Positions 53,680-58,318 of a DNA stretch of 58,318 bases are shown piece after piece (the stretch's first letter is position 1; every line of letters begins with the position of its first letter). Under the pieces are notes generated by a model that was not told where the DNA came from, ran no database searches, and worked only from the letters and a program-made list of their open reading frames with translations. The translations under genes and the position numbers were made by a program. The stretch comes from a virus (lineage: Duplodnaviria; Caudoviricetes): positions 1 through 58,318 of the IMG/VR virus record IMGVR_UViG_3300021373_000362. The stretch is one strand, 5' to 3'.

Positions 53680-55239
53680 TTAATAAAACCCGCTACCGCG
53701 ATGTTTAAAATATGTAATATCTTCTGGCTCATCAGTAGGTAGTCGTATAAATCCGCCTTGTCTGAACCGCATAAGTGCCATAACTGTGGAATCCACCAGA
53801 TCGTCATGGCTCATAAAGGGAAACCCTGCGATCTCTTCTACTACTTCCTCTGCCCATCTAGTTTGTGGAACCCATACTAACCCAGATTGCACAATATCAG
53901 ATACAGAGTTTAGACGTGCTAGTTTATCACCAGAACCTCTATGTGGGGTATATTCTTGTACAAGTAAGCCCATACGTCGCATTTCTTGGTACAATGCTAC
54001 ACCGGAACTCTTTTTCTCTACTATAAAAGCATCTGGTTCCCACTCCGTGTATTGATCCATAGCCAACTCTTTTAGCTCGTGGAACTCCATACGCTCTTTT
54101 ATACTGTTAAGCAAGATTATATTATACGCCGAAGTCTCCTCATTAAGGAACACTCCCCACGTAGTCAACGCCGTAAAGTCGGCACGGTTGTGTTTTTCGG
54201 CTGCGGAGTCCAAGGACATGATTATATATTCGCAGGGTGGGGGCCGCTCGGCGTCCCACTCGTTCCACCACTCTCTTTTTACTAGCGCGGCCTCTTCGGC
54301 GGTGGGTTGTTGCTGATACTGAGCATTCCACTGGAACGTAGGCATTGATGCCTTGGTACGTAGTAGCGCCTCGAGGTCAAAGAACTCAGGCCACAGAGGC
54401 TTCTGTACCGGCTTCCCTGTCTCTTTGTCGTCTACATCTAGTATTGCAGGGAACTCAATGACCTCATACTGATCCGCACGCTCGTTCTGAGCCATATCCT
54501 TAACCACACGCCCAGTAAGGTCGTCCATATGCCACCGTGTCTGGATGATAGCTACACTACCTCCCGGCATCAGACGAGTACGAGCACCGAACGTAAACCA
54601 CTCGTATGCTTTTTCGAAGACAACGAAGTTACCATTAATCACATCTTGCTCAGAGTGAGGGTCGTCTACAAGCAGTAAATGCGCACCACGGCCTGCTAGC
54701 GCCGATCCAACACCACATGCGTAGTACTCCCCGCCCATACTCGTACTCCAGCGTCCGGCTGATTTAGAGTCACTGGCGAGCTTTACTGTAGGGAAAATGT
54801 CTGCGTAGGCTTCACTAGCGATAATATTCCGCACCTTACGTCCGAAGTCCACAGCCAGATCGGTAGTATGTGACACCATCATAACCTTCTTGTCAGGGTT
54901 ACGTCCTAGGTACCACGCGGGGTAGAAGATAGATACAAGCTGAGACTTACCGTGACGGGGTGGTATGTTTACGCACGCCCTATCCTTATCCCCCCGCTCG
55001 ATGGCCATTAGGAGGTCGGCCAACATGCGATGATGCTTCCCAACTAAGTAGTCAGGCTGCATAAGTTTACAAAACTCGATTAAATCGTCATATGCGGCTT
55101 TAACTGTACGTCGTTTGTCTAGTTCATCGACAAGTTTCTCTATTTCCACCACTTCGTCAACGGTAAACTCGTCTATGTTATCCAACATGTGCTGGATTTC
55201 TTCTTGCGTAAAGTTTACGGGGGTGCTAGGCGCAGTCAT
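53680..55239 (-). CDS. terL: Terminase large subunit
   Basis: PPRHGKS, LLVDDP, IQTRWH.DDL.G, nuclease SLDSA...HDDLVDS. Confidence 0.95.
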   Translation of the reverse strand: MTAPSTPVNFTQEEIQHMLDNIDEFTVDEVVEIEKLVDELDKRRTVKAAYDDLIEFCKLMQPDYLVGKHHRMLADLLMAIERGDKDRACVNIPPRHGKSQLVSIFYPAWYLGRNPDKKVMMVSHTTDLAVDFGRKVRNIIASEAYADIFPTVKLASDSKSAGRWSTSMGGEYYACGVGSALAGRGAHLLLVDDPHSEQDVINGNFVVFEKAYEWFTFGARTRLMPGGSVAIIQTRWHMDDLTGRVVKDMAQNERADQYEVIEFPAILDVDDKETGKPVQKPLWPEFFDLEALLRTKASMPTFQWNAQYQQQPTAEEAALVKREWWNEWDAERPPPCEYIIMSLDSAAEKHNRADFTALTTWGVFLNEETSAYNIILLNSIKERMEFHELKELAMDQYTEWEPDAFIVEKKSSGVALYQEMRRMGLLVQEYTPHRGSGDKLARLNSVSDIVQSGLVWVPQTRWAEEVVEEIAGFPFMSHDDLVDSTVMALMRFRQGGFIRLPTDEPEDITYFKHRGSGFY

Positions 55240-55462
55240 TTATCGTCACATCAGCGGTAGTTACCATAACCACTCGCGCCCCACAACTTAAAATCGGCTT
55301 GTCAGTAGTGCTTTGTACCACTTCAGACGGCCCATTTATGGTTACAGAGTTACAATACGTGTTTTTCTTGCCTTGCTTTACGGTAATTACGGGTTCGTTT
55401 GTCCCATTCTTGAGATTGGCGCGGATTTTGTGCTGATTAACGTGAATATACGTCTTAGGCAT
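55226..55462 (-). CDS. Hypothetical protein (78 aa)
   Basis: IHVNQHKIRAN...PVITVK...LSCGARV; AAGGA RBS. Confidence 0.75.
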   Translation of the reverse strand: MPKTYIHVNQHKIRANLKNGTNEPVITVKQGKKNTYCNSVTINGPSEVVQSTTDKPILSCGARVVMVTTADVTINDCA

Positions 55463-56039
55463 CCTTACTTACCCCCAATTCTGCGTCTACATCAATAATT
55501 TCCCCGTCTAGTACCACTTCATCCACAGGATTTACCAGTTTTTCTAACTTCTTACGTAGTTTTGCCTTCAAATCGTCCGTTGACTGGTGTGTAACAGTCA
55601 CTTCCGACTTCTCTGCAAACAGCCCCACGTCTGAAATTTTACCCAGTAACTCCAACGCTCGAATACGAACACGCGGATCGGGGTTTTCTGTCTCTAATAT
55701 TAGCTTGTTCGTTACTAAATGGCGCACAGAAAGGGCGGACTCCACTACAGAGGCACCAAATTCCGTGAGTATGTTACCTGTAAGCACCAGTGAGGCTGGG
55801 GTCAGATTAGCCATACGTTTGTTTGTTGCTTTTTTCGATGTCTTCTCAGGATCATCGGCATACGCTATGGCAATTTTAGCTGCCACGTCTTCATCTTCTT
55901 TATTGGGTTTAAGTTCTAACCCGTGTTCTGCCAGCTCTAAGGCCGTCGTCTTCGCTGCTCGCGCACGGACACTCAAGTCCACGGCGGGGTCGTCATCAAA
56001 TAGCGGAACCCCTGTTTCGGGTTCGAGTTTAATCGTCAT
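55455..56039 (-). CDS. Putative terminase small subunit
   Basis: Upstream of terL; RIRALELLGKISDVGLF; start set to MTIKLEP. Confidence 0.6.
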   Translation of the reverse strand: MTIKLEPETGVPLFDDDPAVDLSVRARAAKTTALELAEHGLELKPNKEDEDVAAKIAIAYADDPEKTSKKATNKRMANLTPASLVLTGNILTEFGASVVESALSVRHLVTNKLILETENPDPRVRIRALELLGKISDVGLFAEKSEVTVTHQSTDDLKAKLRKKLEKLVNPVDEVVLDGEIIDVDAELGVSKDA

Positions 56040-56223
56040 ATTGTAATCGCAGGTTGTTAAACCGGAGTGCCTTTGTACCATACTTGTTTACACAAGACAA
56101 GCATAGGAGGATTACTCATATCATTTATGGTATGTACCGCATGATTACTATACATTTCCGATATGATCGGATCAGCTATACAATAGCGCCTCTTTCAACC
56201 CCCCACTGTTCTGAGGTTTCTTT

Positions 56224-56316
56224 GTGTTTGGTTTTACTGTGTTTATTGTTTCGGCGTGTGTTCTTGTTATTATAGGGCTTGGTGTTATCGCCCTAGAGGA
56301 TGGTCTTCCCTTCTAA
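56224..56316 (+). CDS. Possible 30-aa hydrophobic peptide, antisense to the late arm
   Basis: GAGG RBS, GTG start, MFGFTVFIVSACVLVIIGLGVIALEDGLPF. Confidence 0.35.
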   Translation: MFGFTVFIVSACVLVIIGLGVIALEDGLPF

Positions 56317-56722
56317 ATTTACGTAAGGTTTCTAACCCTTCTAGTTCCAGTTCTTGTGTAAATGTATCGGGGTGTATCTGTAAACTAGCTCTACGCCTCA
56401 ACTCCCCCGTCGGTTTTATTATTACTCTCTGCACATCTAGTGCAATAAACATGTAAAAGTCTGCTATCTTATTGTTGGCTAGGTTATATAAGTACCTCTG
56501 GCGGGGTTTAGGTGTGTCTTTACGTTGCATTGTAGCTAGATTTGCGGCCTTTACTTGTAGCGTAAACATATCTTCGTAGTGTGATTGGCACCATAAGTCT
56601 ACGCCGGAACGGTCTACGTGGTGGCACTCTATTCCGTGACGCTCTAAAACATACATGGCGAAAAACTCGCCTATCCTCCCCACGTGTGAGGAGTTGCCTA
56701 TCCTGTCCTTTACTTTACTCAC
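56285..56722 (-). CDS. PD-(D/E)XK-like nuclease (145 aa)
   Basis: GRIGE...VDLW...LQVKA. Confidence 0.65.
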   Translation of the reverse strand: MSKVKDRIGNSSHVGRIGEFFAMYVLERHGIECHHVDRSGVDLWCQSHYEDMFTLQVKAANLATMQRKDTPKPRQRYLYNLANNKIADFYMFIALDVQRVIIKPTGELRRRASLQIHPDTFTQELELEGLETLRKFRREDHPLGR

Positions 56723-56974
56723 GCTATACCTATGTAATTCCTAATAGGAACGTACACCGTACAGTATAAAAAATTTTTTACAAGGGGTCGGAAAAAGAGG
56801 TGGGGGGTGTTCCTATATAGAGGGGGTAGGGGTGCCGAACTCAAAAAATAGTGATTTATTTGTGGAAATTAGTAATACATAGAGCGGCGGGACTCCGTCC
56901 TGACAGCGCGGGTCATGGGGGCGGGGTGGGTGTCGGATTCTGGCGATTCGTGATTAAACCTACCAGATAGTCAA

Positions 56975-56999
56975 TTGTTATAACATATGTTATAACTTT
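56975..56999 (-). promoter_or_regulatory. GTTATAAC-N4-GTTATAAC element, inverted copy in the divergent control region
   Basis: TTGTTATAACATATGTTATAACTTT. Confidence 0.8.
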
Positions 57000-57011
57000 G
57001 TACCCTATCTA

Positions 57012-57039
57012 TTGTGATCATGTCTAAACCTGTTAATAT
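57012..57039 (+). promoter_or_regulatory. Possible extended -10 promoter
   Basis: TTGTGA-16 bp-TAATAT with TGn. Confidence 0.45.
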
Positions 57040-57121
57040 GTGAACCATCAAAGCCATTAATGCTTTGATACGGTTAACGCGGCGCCGATACAAGTCCGCG
57101 CATTCTATAGGTAACAAAGTT

Positions 57122-57709
57122 ATGAAAAATGTAAATGAAGCAAAAGCAATCCCGAGCCGATTCACCCCCGAAGTAGAGAAAGCGATTACTGGTCTGACTA
57201 AAGGGTCTGAAGCCCTAGGGCTTAAAACAGTGACCGCGATCGATACGCTGAGAGCGGCGGGGATCAAGTCCACTGATTTTATCAGCCCTAAAACTGAAGG
57301 ATCAACAGCAACACCAGAGCTGAACGATGCGTTCAAGGCGGCGATTGTTAAGGGATTCTCAGCGGCCAAGCGCAAACTACTGGCCGCCCCTGCTAAGTCG
57401 CTGTCTGACAGTGATAAGGCCGATCGTAAGAAGGCTCAACAGTCTATCGGTGCATATATGGCCGCGTTCAAGCGCGATCTATTTGCAAGGGAGCCGGAAG
57501 GGATAGCCAAGGCCAAGGCCAAGAAGGAAGCCGGTAGGGCGGCACAACAACCTACTGGCCAAGCCAAGGCGGCAGGATCAGCGGCTAAGGTGCTCGAGTC
57601 ACTGCAACAGGCGGCCAAGCGGGCGCAGGCAATTGAAGAGCCTGATTTCGATGTAGTCGAATTGGTTAACCTGCTAGCTAAGGCTCAGCAGATTGTAGTC
57701 AAACATTAA
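57122..57709 (+). CDS. Hypothetical Ala/Lys-rich pre-early protein (195 aa)
   Basis: ATG at 57122 after AGGT; track ORF 57065..57709. Confidence 0.8.
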   Translation: MKNVNEAKAIPSRFTPEVEKAITGLTKGSEALGLKTVTAIDTLRAAGIKSTDFISPKTEGSTATPELNDAFKAAIVKGFSAAKRKLLAAPAKSLSDSDKADRKKAQQSIGAYMAAFKRDLFAREPEGIAKAKAKKEAGRAAQQPTGQAKAAGSAAKVLESLQQAAKRAQAIEEPDFDVVELVNLLAKAQQIVVKH

Positions 57710-57749
57710 CCACCACCGGCCAAGGATGGCCATCCAATAGGAGCAAATT

Positions 57750-57863
57750 ATGACTCGTAATGAAATCACTGAAGCAATACTGGCCGCACTAGCCACCGTA
57801 GTTTTAATACCGGCGGCAGGCATTCTACTCACAATCCTCTGGGTACTGATACAAGGAGATTAA
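57750..57863 (+). CDS. Small membrane protein (37 aa), not in the ORF track
   Basis: AGGAG RBS; MTRNEITEAILAALATVVLIPAAGILLTILWVLIQGD. Confidence 0.7.
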   Translation: MTRNEITEAILAALATVVLIPAAGILLTILWVLIQGD

Positions 57864-57865
57864 AG

Positions 57866-58042
57866 ATGTTAAAACTCAAATCTTTTGAGCAAGGTGACAA
57901 ACAGTACTACGTCACCGTCAAGTACTACCGCGACTTCCACCTCGAAGCCTCATCTGAAGAAGAAGCTCGACAAATTATTCAGCGTGTCCTCTTCATGGAA
58001 GGGCTAGATGGCGAGATCGTTAACTATGGAGAAACGCTATGA
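57866..58042 (+). CDS. Hypothetical protein (58 aa), not in the ORF track
   Basis: AAGGAG RBS; MLKLKSFEQGDKQYYVTV...; ATGA overlap with the next gene. Confidence 0.75.
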   Translation: MLKLKSFEQGDKQYYVTVKYYRDFHLEASSEEEARQIIQRVLFMEGLDGEIVNYGETL

Positions 58043-58248
58043 AAAATCAAAAATTGTTAAATCTGCTACAAGCCGACGCGGTTGACTACTATCTCCGCCA
58101 AGGGCACTCAATTGAGACCGCCCGATTTCTGGCCACCTATAAACATGTTGAACATACTGCTGAGACAGTCGATGCCGATTGGCTAGCAATAGAGCAGGGC
58201 ACGTTTGGAAACCGCCAACATGCAATCCACGGCCTTGATCCTTTTTAA
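58039..58248 (+). CDS. Hypothetical protein (69 aa)
   Basis: GGAG RBS; followed by a terminator. Confidence 0.75.
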   Translation: MKNQKLLNLLQADAVDYYLRQGHSIETARFLATYKHVEHTAETVDADWLAIEQGTFGNRQHAIHGLDPF

Positions 58249-58318
58249 TTCCCCCTTGCAATCCTTGCCCCGCTCCGGCGGGGCTTTTTTTTCGCCCGAG
58301 AAAAATCGCCTGATACCA
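58169..58318. repeat. Terminal redundancy / circular overlap, right copy
   Basis: 149/150 identical to 1-150. Confidence 0.97.

Noticed and set aside
19263-54285. Many long + strand ORFs opposite the structural genes (e.g. 42828..43532, 26341..26928, 36364..36903)
   Set aside because: Antisense shadows of real minus-strand genes; Ser/Pro/Ala-rich, no RBS or motifs
1-58318. Apparent abundance of CTAG/ACGT and scarcity of some 6-bp palindromes
   Set aside because: An impression only; it needs k-mer counts against a Markov background, which I cannot run
1-58318. tRNA genes, integrase, RNA polymerase, alternative genetic code
   Set aside because: No cloverleaf or catalytic signatures were recognised; standard-code ORFs tile the genome densely

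Overview
The window appears to be a complete tailed dsDNA phage genome of about 58.17 kb: positions 1-150 recur at 58169-58318 with one mismatch. It has two arms. The + strand arm (57.1 kb through the junction to 19.0 kb) carries small early genes, a MoxR-like AAA ATPase / metallopeptidase-VWA module and replication genes (VRR-NUC, DUF3310-like protein, family A DNA polymerase, PD-(D/E)XK nuclease, HNH, SNF2 helicase, SSB, primase-helicase). The - strand arm (56.7 to 19.06 kb) carries terminase, portal, GroES, scaffold, major capsid protein, podovirus-type head-tail proteins, tail fibre, lysis genes and four very large putative ejected proteins. I recognised no integrase, RNA polymerase, tRNA or CRISPR array. 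Sigma70 promoters and an IHF consensus suggest a proteobacterial host (inference). The most striking unexplained signals are: (1) a polar double-palindrome element AAAGTTATAAC-N4-GTTATAACAA in six copies that organises the early region; (2) a [MY]xxGG peptide motif shared by five small basic late proteins and the large internal proteins; (3) an origin-like repeat hub at 143-870; (4) several structured intergenic RNA candidates; (5) an overprinted gene inside the 2190-aa protein. All product calls come from motif recognition by eye, not database searches.
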